A DNA stretch of 53,973 nucleotides, filler included, from Basidiobolus ranarum (GCA_040143965.1; 3 parts of 3 records of this genome joined end to end with filler, not necessarily neighbours in it), one strand, 5' to 3'. Positions 25,501 through 39,322 are shown, counted from the first letter of the whole stretch. The notes: generated by a model not told the origin, from the letters alone. Program-made: numbers and translations.

Positions 25501-28500
25501 GCTTCGAAGTTGTAGAAACTCCTTCAAACGATTATGCCACAGTTCATCTTGAATCTCTTCGGTAATTGGGATTTCGATGGATATATTCAAAATATTTTTC
25601 GAGAGCTGGGCTTCTGAAGTTTGACTCGAATAGATGCTTAAAATTCGAGTAAATTGGGCTTCTAACTCGCCGATATCTCGAAAAGATACCATTAGCCCTT
25701 TCCTTAAGGTATTGTCTTTACCCTGGATATAACTCATATCAGATAGACTGAGAATACGGTGTTTTCCGGATTTCATTCCTGAATATGAGCTTCGACTGGG
25801 ATCATGGAGTAAAAAATTCCACTCAAATATGAATGGTGATTGCTCGGTGTGGTAAACAACGTCATAGATGTCATAAGCATGGTAAGAGCGACGACAGTAA
25901 ACCTCTAACGCAGCAAGCACAATCCATCCATTCTCATGATAAAAGAAGTTCTGAAGTACATCAAACATGAAATAATTCGTCACGATCAAATCCTTGATTG
26001 AGTCGTATCTTGGCTCTCGGTAAACCTCTTCCCCGATACCATATATGGTGTCTGTAACAGCACTTGTAAGAATTCGCTCCATCTGACTCATACGTTGCTC
26101 ATACGATGGCAGTTGTGTCTGAATCAGCATCTCCTTGGCGAGTAGGGATACTTTATTTGTGTATCGGTTTGTTAATTCCGATATATTTTTGAGGACGGAC
26201 GTGTAACATTGATCCAGGGATCCTCCGATACGATTAGGGCGTATATGCTCTAGCAACACCAAAATCAGCTTATTCTTTCCAAAGACTCTCCAATGTGATT
26301 GAACCTCACTAACAACATAGTCCAAATTATCCTTGTTATTGTCGCGTAAATGGAGAATAGTTTCCTCCTCGCTTTTTGAGTCGTCGTCAAATATAATCTC
26401 AGTTCGGTAATATTTCTCGATTAATTGCCGTATTACATTGTTCTGACGACCAGTCAACCCATGCTTGTATGAAGCAATGACATCTGTAAGGTTAACGATC
26501 GAGTCTTTCAACCTTATAGCCTCTCCTGGCTTAAGATTATCGGCGCAGTATGTTTGAATTAAATTATCAAGAGCAATCGCTGGGAAGCTAGAGCTGCTTT
26601 TCTGTGCCATTGCTATGACTTCATGGATTCTAATTTGTAGTTTGGTAGGAATATGTCCAGAGATTGCGGACAACGCTTCATTAAACTCATTGAAGGCTAG
26701 CTCTTCACAGGAAAGGCATTCCAATAGTCGCTTGATGCTGGTTTCAATTGGTCCCTGACTATCGTAGCCCTCTAGAATCAATTCAAGAGAGCGTTGTATC
26801 TCACGAAACTTTTGGTGAATTTTGTTTCCTTGTACAAATGGTGAACTCATAGATGGTAATTGCCCTTCAAATCTCTTCGCGTAACGAACGCGATTTGGGT
26901 CATCTAACGTTAAAATACCAAGTATATCTCCAGGTTCTAATGTACTCCCAGGCTGTTTTATGAATTGAACGATCCCATTCTCGGTAGCAGTAAGAGACAT
27001 GTACATTTTCATTACTTGGACTTCGGCATAGGCATCACCAGCATTGATATGATCTCCTGGCTCAACTAAATAGCGAATCAATTTCCCTGATGAAGGGGAT
27101 CGCAGCTGAGTAGGGTCAGTTTCATTCTCCAGAATACATGTTTTACCATCAATCATTATACGTGTTCCTTGAACCTCTTCTTTAGAGTATAATGTATGAC
27201 TTTTTCCGTCCAGAAGTATAAGCATACCACCATCTGTTAGAGAACGAACTGCTACCTCAGCTTTAGTTCCATTAATATATAACGTATAAGTATCATTCGC
27301 AATTCTGGTAGCTGTGAACTTGTATTTGATATTTTCGTAGATAAAGTCTACTGTAAAAGCGGACTTGAGGCTATCTTTTCCTAGCACCTGACCTTTTTCT
27401 AGGGAACGCTTGAATTCTTGGATTAATTCATTACACTTAACATGGGCCTTATAAACGGCACCACAGATAATAGCAAGAATCATGGGAGGTCTTTCGGCAG
27501 TTAGATTTTTGGAAATTAGAGTATCTAACCAGTTAGTATTCACAGTATTGTGTTCAAAATCTTTGGCTTCAAGAAGCTTGATTAAGTACTCAACCGTAGT
27601 TCGAAATTCACTGCGAATTGACATGTCTTTCAGCGCAACAACCATATTTTTTCTTGCCTGTTGGCGATCTTCACCATAAGCAAATATATGCCCAAATTGA
27701 CTATCAGCAAATTCATGAAGACCACCAGTAGAGTTCAGAGAAAAGTAGCCCCAGACATTTGTGCTACTTCTGAAGTTCAGCTCATTCATCATCCCACTAC
27801 TGGGCTTAAATCCAGCATCTGGATTCTCTGCGGTAATCCGAGCCGCAATAACATGCCCTTTAGGGGTGGGTTTACGTTGAGTTTGATAGGATTCAGGTTT
27901 TATGAATTCAAAATCGATTTCAGATGTTCCATTTGTTGCTAATCCATAGAGACGACGGATATCTCTAATACAATGCAATGGAATACCCATGGCTATCTGA
28001 AGTTGAGCAGCAGGAAGATCTACACCAGAAATCATCTCCGTTGTAGGGTGTTCTACCTGTAATCTAGGATTCAACTCCAAAAAATAAAACTCCTCATGCT
28101 GATAATTATATAGGTATTCCACAGTCCCTGCACTAACGTAGCCAACCAATTTGGCCAGTCGAACGGCACCTTTTTCCATCTCTTCAATGGCTTCAGCTTT
28201 GGCAATTGTCACAGGAGCTTCCTCGATAATCTTCTGATGTCTCCGTTGAACGGAGCAATCCCTTCCGAATAATGAGATGGCGTTACCATATTGATCTGCC
28301 AGCAACTGAACCTCGAGATGTCGAGAATCTTCGGCAAGTTTCATAATAAATATAGGAGATCCAGGAACTTCGCTCTGTACCTGTTGAAAGGCATTTGGAA
28401 ACGCCTCTAAAGATTCTACCTTTCTGATACCTTTACCACCTCCACCTTCAGATGCTTTAATCATTACTGGAAGGCCAAGCTCCTGAGCTATAGCCAACCC

Positions 28501-29375
28501 TTGATTAGCATCCTCAACATTCGCTTTCTTGTAGACAGAGTCAGGAACAGTCAAGTAACCTTGCTTATTAACCGCTGTTTCATTGAGATGACTTCCGTTC
28601 CATTTTAAAGTAGGGATTTGTACAGACTGTGCTACAATGGTGGAGGAGATCTTGTCCCCTAGCGATCGCATTGCGGATCCAGGTGGTCCGATGAAGATGA
28701 TTTTATTTTTACTAAGAAGTTCTGGTAGACGTGGATTCTCCGAGGCATGTCCCCTAGAAAGATACAGTTATGAAGGATATAAGTAAGGGAAAGATTGAAT
28801 CTATAAAAATCCAAATTTTACCATCCTGCCCAAACCGCCTACACAAGAAGCAAGTTAATTTTCACTCCACAATATAGTAATTTTTCATAAAACTTTTGAA
28901 GACTTACGTGAACTCCAGCACGTTCGGCTATATCTACTATTAAGTCGACATTGGCATAGTTGTTATTATTAGTTCCTCCAGGAATTTCAATACAACAGTC
29001 GGCCATTCGTATATATTCCGCATTAACTTCTAGATCTTCTGGAGTAGCCATCACCGTAAATTCAATCGCGTGCTCATCTCCAAATGTCTCATAGGCCCAT
29101 TTACGAATTGACCGAATCTCCTTGACGGCAGCGATACCGTTATTAGCAATGAGTACCTTGGTAATTACCGTGTGACCTCCGGACCCTTCAACAAAGGTTT
29201 TGACGGGTCCAGGTTTAGCAACTTCAAGGGTATTTCTGCCTAAAACAAAGTAAGAGAAACACTTTAGCGAAGTTTTTGGGTTAAGGATACTATGAAGGGG
29301 AGTCAGCAGTTTAATATATGTGACGAGACAACATACAAGAGACTCACCGACGAAATTTTGTATTTGATTATACAT
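22522..29375 (-). CDS. ACC1: Acetyl-CoA carboxylase (BC-BCCP-CT), 4 exons
   Basis: [51 protein letters not shown] and ANWRGFSGG. Likely ATG at 29375; intron 29240-29347 plus two more between about 28754 and 28906. Confidence 0.97.
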
Positions 29376-30493
29376 ATAGGCCAATTTCTGTTGTCGAAGT
29401 AGTTCGGTATACTGTTGCAATGGGTATAAATCTTTTGATTAACCGTGATAAAGTGTAATTAGGATGGGAAAATGAAGCAGATGTTCAGGTGCAATAATAC
29501 ATATATACTCGGTTGGACAAGACATTATGTTTTACAATATGAGACTGCTTTAAGCACCACTCTAACACAGATCACAAGGAAATAGGAGCTGTCATATGAA
29601 TTTGAAACTTTACCGCTATTTAGACTGGCCTAACGAATATGTTGAAGTTTTTATCCTATATAATAATCCTAGGGGCTGTACTTCTACTAGCAATATGCAG
29701 AAAGTAATTCTAATGTCACAAGCAAATATCCGGAACTCGGCAACTCAGTAAGTCACCCAAATTGTAGCCAGTAAACCTTGAATGGAAAATTGGAAATGAT
29801 GCTTACCAAATAAATTGATGTTGGATACACATGGCAAAGCAATTGAGGAGCTTTAGGAAGTTCATTGGAATTAGATCGTGTGATTTCTACGGTAAAAGAT
29901 TGGAAATAGAAAGGGTCACTCTTTGTCAGTAGTTAACTTGCGTAAGATATTGCTTCTAATATGTACAACCTAATCTTCAATGGGATCCTTATCCAACCCT
30001 AATGAATGTTCGAAAGCGGCCTGAAATAGTGATGCAGTCATTTAATGCAGTCTTCCATGCTTCCAGTGGGTGCATTAAGTAGTGGCTTTGATGAGAAATC
30101 GAATTTACTTTTACCAATTAAACTTATATTCGAGCATGAAGTAACAGATAGCTTGTGCTCTATATTAGTTAAACAGATCCGATTGAAATCAATTGGAAAT
30201 AGAGTGCAAACTAATCAAGCGCTAGGGTTGATATTCTCCTCAGCCCCTTATATGCTGAACCATTCAAATGAATTGATTGAAAATTACTTAAGTAAACTTT
30301 ACAATTGGAGATTCTGAGGCTACCTTAATAACCACCGCATTGAGTTAACCAGAAAAGGGTCACTTTTTTATGGTTAGAAGGTGGTCCATAATATTTAGAA
30401 AGATGAGATTGAATTTATTCTGTTTAAAACAATCATCAATTAAACTGATAGAAAGAATAAACACTTTCCATCTCGGATATTTCATTCTACTGC

Positions 30494-31509
30494 TTAATTA
30501 CCAAGACGTCTTCCTTGACCCCAGTTATATCCTGGCTGATTTTGAGGTTGACCTCGGTTTGTTCCATGTTGAACATAGATACCATCAGCGGCAGCAGGAG
30601 CATTTCCGAAATAATTGGAGCTAAAAAGAATATAGGTTAGCCTCTGTTATCTTTGATGTTAAGGAGTCAGAATTTACATCAATTGAGGTGTTTTCAAATA
30701 GTTTGCTCCACCGGTTGCCGGATGAATGTCATGGAGGTAGAAGTAAATGTAGCTAGAAATGAGCCCTAAGATCTCCGCAAATGGCAGATTACCACCTCGA
30801 CTCAAGGTAGAATATATTATCAGGACATAAGGAAGATATAGAGCCTAGTCATAATAATAGCTATTTAGAGTGTATCGGTCAGCAATTCTTGCAATTCCAT
30901 CGACTTACCCTGAAACGAATACCAAAGAAGAAAGTAACCATAACCTCTTTGAAGTATTGTGACCAGAGGAATATAATAGACATTATCAGAGCTGAATGGA
31001 AAAAGAATACGTCCTTAAAAATAGTGGATAACACCTAAGGATAGAGGTTAAGGATAATTATCATGCTGCTCATATTTCAATGAGAACAAGTTGTCTCCAA
31101 AAAAAGATACAAGAGAAAATGTCATAGTAACTATGATGAAATAGACATAATCGCCGGTACGCCCCAAAAATGTTGGAGATCTCTCCAATTGGCTCGAATA
31201 AGTGTAGAGAAAATACAGATTGAAAACGAACTCTAGGTCAAGATGGTAGTTGAAGAAACATGTCACCAATCGCCATATCTATCAAAGGTTTATGAGCTCT
31301 TGAAGTTAAAATCAACATATTGAGGTAAAAATACCACATACCTGAAAGCGACTGATTATGCTTGTCAGATCATAGTACATGGATGATGGACTAAGCACTT
31401 GGAACGCTCCCAAAATAGCTAGTACCACAGTGGTAGCAAAAATATATCTAGTACAGAATGGGATTGTACGAAACCATTCTACAAGTTCGTTATTTTGCCG
31501 ATTGTTCAT
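30494..31509 (-). CDS. Derlin (Der1/Dfm1-like ERAD membrane protein), multi-exon
   Basis: WFRTIPFCTRY, FQ|IWRLVTCFF (WR motif), YSSQLE, and a C-terminal SHP-like box GYNWGQGRRLGN*. Confidence 0.9.
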
Positions 31510-31958
31510 TATCTAAAAGTCAATGAATAAAGACGATATTCAAGTTGAATGGCTCCCGAGAGAATATCAATCGAATGAATATTACCATCTAGGACTCTCA
31601 TTGGTTTAAATTGTTTCCCTTGGACAACACATATTTGATCACATTTAGTTGAAATAATGACATGTGATTACGTAGCTTCCAATATGTTAAAGATTATTAA
31701 TTCGATTTAGAATTTATTGAAAACATCGAATATCCAAGATCCTAACCCAGTATGACAGTATTATCGATTAAATATTAGCATGATTTTTATGTTCAATGGT
31801 GATTATACTTTGTACGTCTTTAATACTATGAAACATCAAGGTAGATGCACCAGGACGAAAGTAGAGTCTGAATACTGCACATCCAAGCCCTCAGTAGAGA
31901 GACCGTCTGACTAATAGACACCCCGAGGGAAATCAATCGTGACGGCGCATACAAGTTG

Positions 31959-32216
31959 CATCCTAAAACTGGTGAAATAACTATGCCTAATGGCAAACCT
32001 AGAGTATATACTGGTGGTATTAGGTTTATAGAATTATCTTACTATGCAGGTATAACTAAATATAATGGAAAAGTAGTTATACTTCAAAGAGTCCTAGATC
32101 GTTCTGATTATATTAAAGCTCTTGAAAAGCATCACTATCAACTTAAATATCCTCCTCATATTACTGAAATGGATCATACTGGTAGAAGCTTAACTAGTTT
32201 AGTACGTGACGCTTAA
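31959..32216 (+). other. AT-biased coding-like fragment, possibly of organellar, plasmid or viral origin
   Basis: In the 86-codon ORF 31956-32216, 75 codons end in A/T, unlike the nuclear genes here. No introns and no recognised family. Confidence 0.45.
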
Positions 32217-35200
32217 CCATTTGGGTTTTCAGTAATATTGGAAGGATAAGGTAACTTTTATATCCAAGCCGCGAATATATCCCCTTTGGAAATTATAATT
32301 TGGATATAGTTACCAGATAACTTAGATCTGGTATATGTTTCAAATACCAGTGATAACAAACAACAAGTAAAAATACATTCAAAGCCGGTAAAAAAGATGC
32401 CAGTTATGAATTCCAGCCAAGCGAGACGTTGCCCTTTCTGATGTTCGCCTACCAGTTGACATTAAATTAGAAGACAGAGATTTTAGAATACTACGTTGAG
32501 TGATATACAATGCACATCCTAATATGAGTTTATTACTACGAATACATAATTGCCAACTATCCCCGAGATCAGACTTCAATGGCACTTGTTAGAGTTTGAA
32601 AATAGCTCACTAATCGAGTCGAGGTTATAGGCATGAAAAAGTCAGAGGAATTGCCTAATCGGTCACATTATATCTGGTCATTTATATTAAAGTGCCTAAA
32701 CTGACCGAGCATACCATATACATCAAGCCAGATATGGGCATTGACTAAATATGAAGACTATGGTAGGAAAGATGAGACGGTTGAAATACTCAGAGTATAG
32801 CTACAGAATTAAAATCACCTATATGTCCATCAACTGAGGGTTGTGGCTCATATAGCATTCTGACCGTTCGAATTTGTAGTATGTACATTATCCCGTACAG
32901 CAGCTAAATCAAGAGAATAAATTACAAATATTAATGCTCCGATACAAAGGCATGATTCGAACCTTTCAAACTTACTTTTTGTGAGAGCTTCACCTCGCTT
33001 TAGTATGCTAACCCGATATCGAGCATATTGTTCTTACATATTTTTGTTAGAAAGAGTTTGGTCATTTCTACTCTATTCACTATGTCCTTGTATCAAGGGG
33101 TGAATGATTCTAGAGGTAGCTCAATGTTAAAATCACATTTGCTACCTCTCTACATTTTATCAATATCTAGGTGCCCATACTTTGGCTTTATATTATATTT
33201 AGAAAATATATGTTTCTATAGTATTCAAAAATATTATAGAACTCCCTAAATTTCTCTCTTTCCATACCACAAGCGTATATTGATGCACGATTCGAATTTA
33301 AACAATAAACCTTGGCACACTTGAATCGTCAATGACATCGGAAAATAGTAAGTTAGACACGGCTATAATTGACCGTCGAACTATTGACAAGAGCTTTCAA
33401 TCCATCAAGTGATTACCTGAATTTTAGATTGTTGTCACTGTCCCACAATTTTAATACTAATAGCAGGGCTGGGTTTGTAAAAGAATGGTTGGAAACATAA
33501 ATCTTCCTGCTGTTGATTGTACTTCATATTGACAAATCCACTGCATGGTCTATTCTGATTAAGATGTATATGTATTACAATTTCTCTTCGAACTGTTGAA
33601 ACGAAACAGCAAAAATGATCATAAGATGTGAGTTGGGTTTGGTAGCCTTAATGTAGCTAGAGTAGTAGAGCTTCATATCTAATTCTCCATAGAATCCCTA
33701 ACCCTAATCATTGACATGAATAACAAAGCAAGTAGAATTCCTGAAAATTTTCTTTTGATATCTTAAAAACGACTCACTTCTCTACTGACAATAAATGAAC
33801 CACCGAGTCCAAAACATAACCGTACCATTTGAACAATTATGTCAGGAAGAAAAGCGAATATGGATATATCAACTAGTGAAGTACAAACTTAATACGTAAA
33901 TATATCTAGACCTTGATGGTGTTTCTGCCTACTAATAAATTCGACCTATCTCCACCATTGAATAAGTCAAATATTGTCCATGGACTCGAAGGCCGTAACA
34001 CTAAAAAATTGATGAAGTTCCCCTTACGTATATCTTGAATTACCATGGAGTAGCGTCATCATTTACAAGGATACCCCCTCCAAGACTCTAGGTTAATTCT
34101 TGGGTACACAACTCTGGAAACTAATCTGTACCATGTGTTTATGGAGAAACATTTTATATTATATTTTATAGCATCTTATCATGATAGGGGGCGTGATATC
34201 TGATGGTGATTACAACATTAGCTATCTAGGATGTAACTTGGTTTATTGATTGCTTGGCTATATTTTCATTACTTTCATCGTCGCTGCTCAACACACTATT
34301 AGAATATTGTAAAACAATCTGACCCTTTAGCATCTGATGAAGGCTTGTTCAAATGTGAATATACAGTGAAAGACCGCATTTTGTCATGCAACAATGCACT
34401 ATATCGATATCCTAACATCTGATCAATGTTCACCTAGAAGAACCAAGCCTCATCTCGCTACGCTGAATGCTATCGTCAGAACAGAGGTGTAACGTAGTAT
34501 ATCTCAGATCCATTTCTATAAATCAGGATGTGAGCAGTTTGGTATCTGGTGTACCAGTTTCCTACGTCCTAAGCTATGTTAGTTTGGGGTAACCTTGTAA
34601 CCATGAATTCTATCTACTACACTAACACTCAAAAGAGTCCATTCATTGTGGGAGAAATGAATAAACTATAGGCTGTTAAAATAGATTTGTTTAGTAATCA
34701 TATATTGCTCACCTAACAACTATAAATAGACAATTTAGAAGAAAGAATCTGGAGATATATCAGCTTAGCAAGGGACTTGAAATTGGGAGTAACCTAAATA
34801 TTTCACCGTGTCAAATGCACGCTGAAATGCATGCTGTTTAATCGGACCTAAGACTATGCAATCGCGGTATCTTTGTTTCAGAGCGCCAATCAATATATTT
34901 GCAATTGGTCCCCGATCGATAATGTGTCAATGATTTTCGAATGACTAATTGATTGGGGGCCGAGAGAGAATCAATTCAGTGACGTTGAAACCTGAAGCGT
35001 GTAAAAAAAGTAACAAATAGTCCATACTTTAATTAGTCGTGTTCCTTCCTAAACTGAGGGTTAATCTACATGTACGACGTGGCGTAAGTCAGCATTCTAA
35101 GCCTCCGGATCATTCTATCATATTTATTTATAACCTACAGTGAAATGGACCACTTATACTCACTTGATATGAACATACAAATGCTGGACTTGATCAGAAC

Positions 35201-35813
35201 CAGTCAAAAGTAATCAGTACTCTTTATATTCCATGTCCAAATCAAGTTGCTCTTCAGTTACTATGGGAACTCCCACTTCGGGCTTTTTTTTGACTGGAGG
35301 ACTTGATAAACAAATCCGAAGTGATTTCTCACTTAGTATGGACCAAGATACGGTGTGACATAACTTGCACTTCTGTTTGGCACTTCAACATGGGAAACAA
35401 GGCCAAGCAATACAAGCTTCGGCATTTGAACAAAATCACCAACGTACGGGATAAATTAAGTCTTCCAAGTGCTTTTTTCGGTGAACGCAGTGGTCAATCC
35501 TGACCAATATCGTTTCCTCATCCCCATCATTAGTTGAAATTTTTGACTTACAAAAACGGAAAAGAAGCAGCTTTGTGATGCCGTGATTGTAGCAACTTCT
35601 CTACTTTTTCGACTTTGATGTAACGTTGTACTATCGAGAATTCAAACTCAACGAACCCCCTATTTCAATGAATTGATCTCTAGATTCCTGGAAGAATTTG
35701 GAAATAATGTGGCAATCATCACGATATATGAAGCAACTTGGATTATTCTTTTTACCGTTAGATAGATTAGAACTGGCATTAATAGTTTAGATTTTATTTT
35801 ATAGTCAAGTGTT

Positions 35814-35829
35814 TGTGTGTGTGTGTGTG
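35814..35829 (+). repeat. (TG)8 microsatellite
   Basis: Read directly from the sequence. Confidence 0.9.
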
Positions 35830-35977
35830 CTTGTACATGACAAAACTTTACTGTTGTACATGATGGCGTACAGTAAGAATAGTAACTAGCCAAAAATACC
35901 TTGTAGTTGAAGATCCCATCTGCGTTCGTCTTTCATTTAGTTAATTAAACGAAACGTAGTTTTGACTGATAATAAAG

Positions 35978-36077
35978 NNNNNNNNNNNNNNNNNNNNNNN
36001 NNNNNNNNNNNNNNNNNNNNNTTAATTAATTAANNNNNNNNNNNNNNNNNNNNNNNNNNNNNNNNNNNNNNNNNNNN
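35978..36077. other. Assembly gap with artificial six-frame stop linker
   Basis: N run with TTAATTAATTAA at 36022-36033. Confidence 0.98.
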
Positions 36078-36079
36078 AA

Positions 36080-36424
36080 AGATGTAACGATTCCGAATAT
36101 AACCTCAAGTATGGCCCCTACCTGATTCCGGAACAAAATGCAACGCCTTGGGTCAATGCTATTGAGGAGCTTTACCTTGATAAAAATACATATGAATCCC
36201 ATCGCCAAGAGGGTCTTGTAGCATCTAGACAATTCATTCATACAGTTGATACCACCTGTTACGAGCGCTGGTTGCTTCAAATGTGCGATAAAACGGTGCC
36301 CGCCCCTCCCTTAGCTAGTTCTTCCAAAATGACCACAGCTAACGTTTCCTCCTGTATAATTCCATCTGGGGATGCTAGTTCAGCTGGTAAAAGAAAGGTC
36401 ATCACCAAATCCATCAAGGTTTAA
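36080..36424 (+). CDS. 3' end of a probable GT-B (family 4-like) glycosyltransferase; 5' part lost in the gap
   Basis: 114 open codons not in the ORF track: ...YGPYLIPEQNATPWVNAIEELYLDKNTYESHRQEGLVASRQFIHTVDTTCYERWLL..., resembling the C-terminal helices of GT4 enzymes. Confidence 0.6.
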   Translation, partial: RCNDSEYNLKYGPYLIPEQNATPWVNAIEELYLDKNTYESHRQEGLVASRQFIHTVDTTCYERWLLQMCDKTVPAPPLASSSKMTTANVSSCIIPSGDASSAGKRKVITKSIKV

Positions 36425-39322
36425 GATAGTGAGTTCTCCGACGCTCATCTACGATTGACTATGTCAACACTCGAGTGTCAAATTGGACGATCACTAAGCG
36501 GGTCCCAATTGTATTTATAAGATATCCCATTGAACAATCATTTCTTTAACCAATACTTCATAGTAGCTTATCCAAATAATACTATGCCTTTTGATACGGG
36601 CCACCCCGTCTCTCTCACGCAGAACGTATCGTCCCATCATAAGGGAAAGTAACTATCATTTAATAATATATTTTAATAAAAATTGATTGAATCAGAAATG
36701 CAGCCTGTAATCCGAATACTTGGTCTTTGCCATTTGCGGATCATACCTACCACTCTCGAGTCCTCATTTTATTAGGCAGTACTGGCAGGTGGTTACAACT
36801 TAGCCCTCACCTTTATTCAGCAGAAAACGTTGTGGTTTTCCTGGGACTTTCAGTGTCTTTGCCTCTGGCTATATCCAACTCTATACGTCTCATTTGTTGA
36901 CGATACAATTACACAAACCGTCCACAGTTAGAGCACAACTATAGCGATGTTAACCCACGTAAAATAATTCAAGATGAATGATTACTATTGTCAAAATACA
37001 AGTTTTGGATACCGTTAGTAAGGGAATCAAGATTAACTGATGCGGAAGGCAATTATCCTCATCCGATAAGTGGAAGATCGCACCTAATCTTGGGTCGGCC
37101 ATGATCTGATGCAGCGAGCTAACGTAAACTAATTTAATCTGATTCTGAGGAAATTTTGTCTTGCTTTTTCTATTCTTGAATTGAAATTCAGAGTACAAAT
37201 GCGGTTATCAATGGAGAATGTGAATTATTGCACGCACCTTGTCTCATTCAAGATTCCTACTCTAGTAACCAGCGTGATGTTGCAAATACGATGCATCGCG
37301 GAGTACCAGAAATATCATAGCAATTGTGTCCATGGATATGACGTATTGAAGTTGCACTGAATTGCAAAAAGATTATCTTATGGGTTCGAATTGCACACTC
37401 AATCTCTCCTGGTATCCTCGAGGCCCCCACCCAATCTGTGACAGGATGGCCTGGGGATCGCCAGCTAGGTTAAAAAATATTCTAATTGGGGCACCTTTAT
37501 TAGATATGAATTGATATGCTTATACCGCTGATGGAATATTCTTAGGATGACGAAATAGATATTGGGTGCATTGACTGAAATTTGGATGCATATTAGCGCT
37601 ATCAGTGGCCAGATCTTTCAAGTGCCTCATGAGGTCAACATAGCCTTAATCAGTATCTATATTAGTATTGATATAAAATGAGCAACTTAGACAACTAAAC
37701 AGACATTTTGCGGGATTGATTGCACAAAACGGGGCTATATATATAGTCTTAGCTCAGAAGTTATTTTGGCATAGAGGCGACTTAAAACTAGGAGTAGTGA
37801 GGGGTGTTTATAATGCGCATGTATGAGTTGGCTACATAAAGATAGGTCTCTTACGACTATCTTGTTTTTCTATACATTGAAGCATCACTTATTTGGCATA
37901 AAAAAGGCAAGCTCTAGTAGATACCAGTTAAAAGTTTCAATGTATTCATATTTTGTCCTGCATATCAAAAATAGCATTCTTCGAAGAATTTGACTAAATG
38001 TAGACAAACTGGAGAAGTGATTATTAATCTAACAAACCATATCTACCACCAATATGTGTATTATCCATTGAGTGCTAAATACTTGCTATAATGACATTCT
38101 TCCGCCAAAAGTTTATGAAACATAATGCCTCTCTATCACATTTTTGTCCAAAATTTCCTTGAAGTTCGCAGATCTCTGGGTAACCAATATATTCACAAGG
38201 TTACTCACACTTGAGTACTTGGCAATTTACTATTATCACAGATGTATCTAATCACTCCACTTCAGAAGTTGGGGCTCAACAGTTAATTAACTTATCAATT
38301 TATTCCCTTTAAATTTTCTTGAAAAAGACTATTAGATGTGGTAAAGAGGTTAGGGTAAAAGATGTGACAGTAAATCAGTTCACATTCATCAAGCGTCTTA
38401 AAGAAACACTCTCACATTGTGCAGTGAATTGTGAATAGCTTTACTTTCAATATCTGTGATGAGGCGATGGTTTCATAATTTTTAACGAGCCAAATGATTT
38501 GGTGACAACTTTGACATGCTGTATGGCTGACAGCTGATATTGCTTGTATCCGAAAACTGACGTTGGATGGGCTACCCGCGCCCCTATTGATCAAACGGGA
38601 TAAATCTTGCTGATTCTTGTAATGAGGAGATATTTCGGTTCAAGTTCTCAAGCCACTTGTCATTTAATCTAGTTCCGGGGTTAGTCTAGTGCATCCACAG
38701 AATTATTAAAATGTCTTGCTAGCACTTCAACAGTCATCGCATTCTAGTTTTGAAGCGTTTAAAACATGTTTTCAGGAGTGAATCAGATCAAATCCAATCT
38801 AGGTTTTGTCTATATACTGACCTTGGCTAGGCACATTAAGACTTCTACCTGTTTTGGGAAATGTGAAGGTCCTGCATTTGGCGTGCAATCCCCAGCGTAA
38901 TGAGGAGGGCTAAATAGTCAAGTGCTGGAGTCTCGCGGGATGTAAACTGATAGCCCAGTGATCCCCCAAAGTTCCCATGGCCCTATGTCAGACTCACTAC
39001 ATGTCTATCTCCTCCTGTACCGAATCTATTTACCACCCCCTGAATCAGTGAATATGAATGATACGAGATAAAATAGATATCTTAAGAGTAAACAGTACAC
39101 ATGGTGTAATCTAAATCAAGTATTCTGATACTTTTTTTATACACAAACTTTTCATTTTCCATATTACGTTCCCGAATGTTATAAAACTGACTATTCACTG
39201 GACCATCGACGTGCAGTATCTTCTCCTTGCATGTTACAGTTTGTTCTTATAAACTTCTCATACTAAATTTATCGGCTGTCCTTTAAGTTCTCGCTCATCT
39301 TAAAACACAGAAATCGCTCACC

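Noticed and set aside
22640-27942. Several short plus-strand ORFs inside ACC1
   Set aside because: Antisense shadows of a long coding exon.
32945-33025. tRNA-like B box GGTTCGAATC on the minus strand
   Set aside because: I could not build a cloverleaf or an acceptor stem.
33696-33707. CCCTAACCCTAA telomere-like sequence
   Set aside because: Only two units, which is expected by chance.
34328-34392. Hammerhead-like CTGATGA...GAAA...GTC
   Set aside because: Stem III has a G-G clash at the core and stem II is poorly closed; likely chance.
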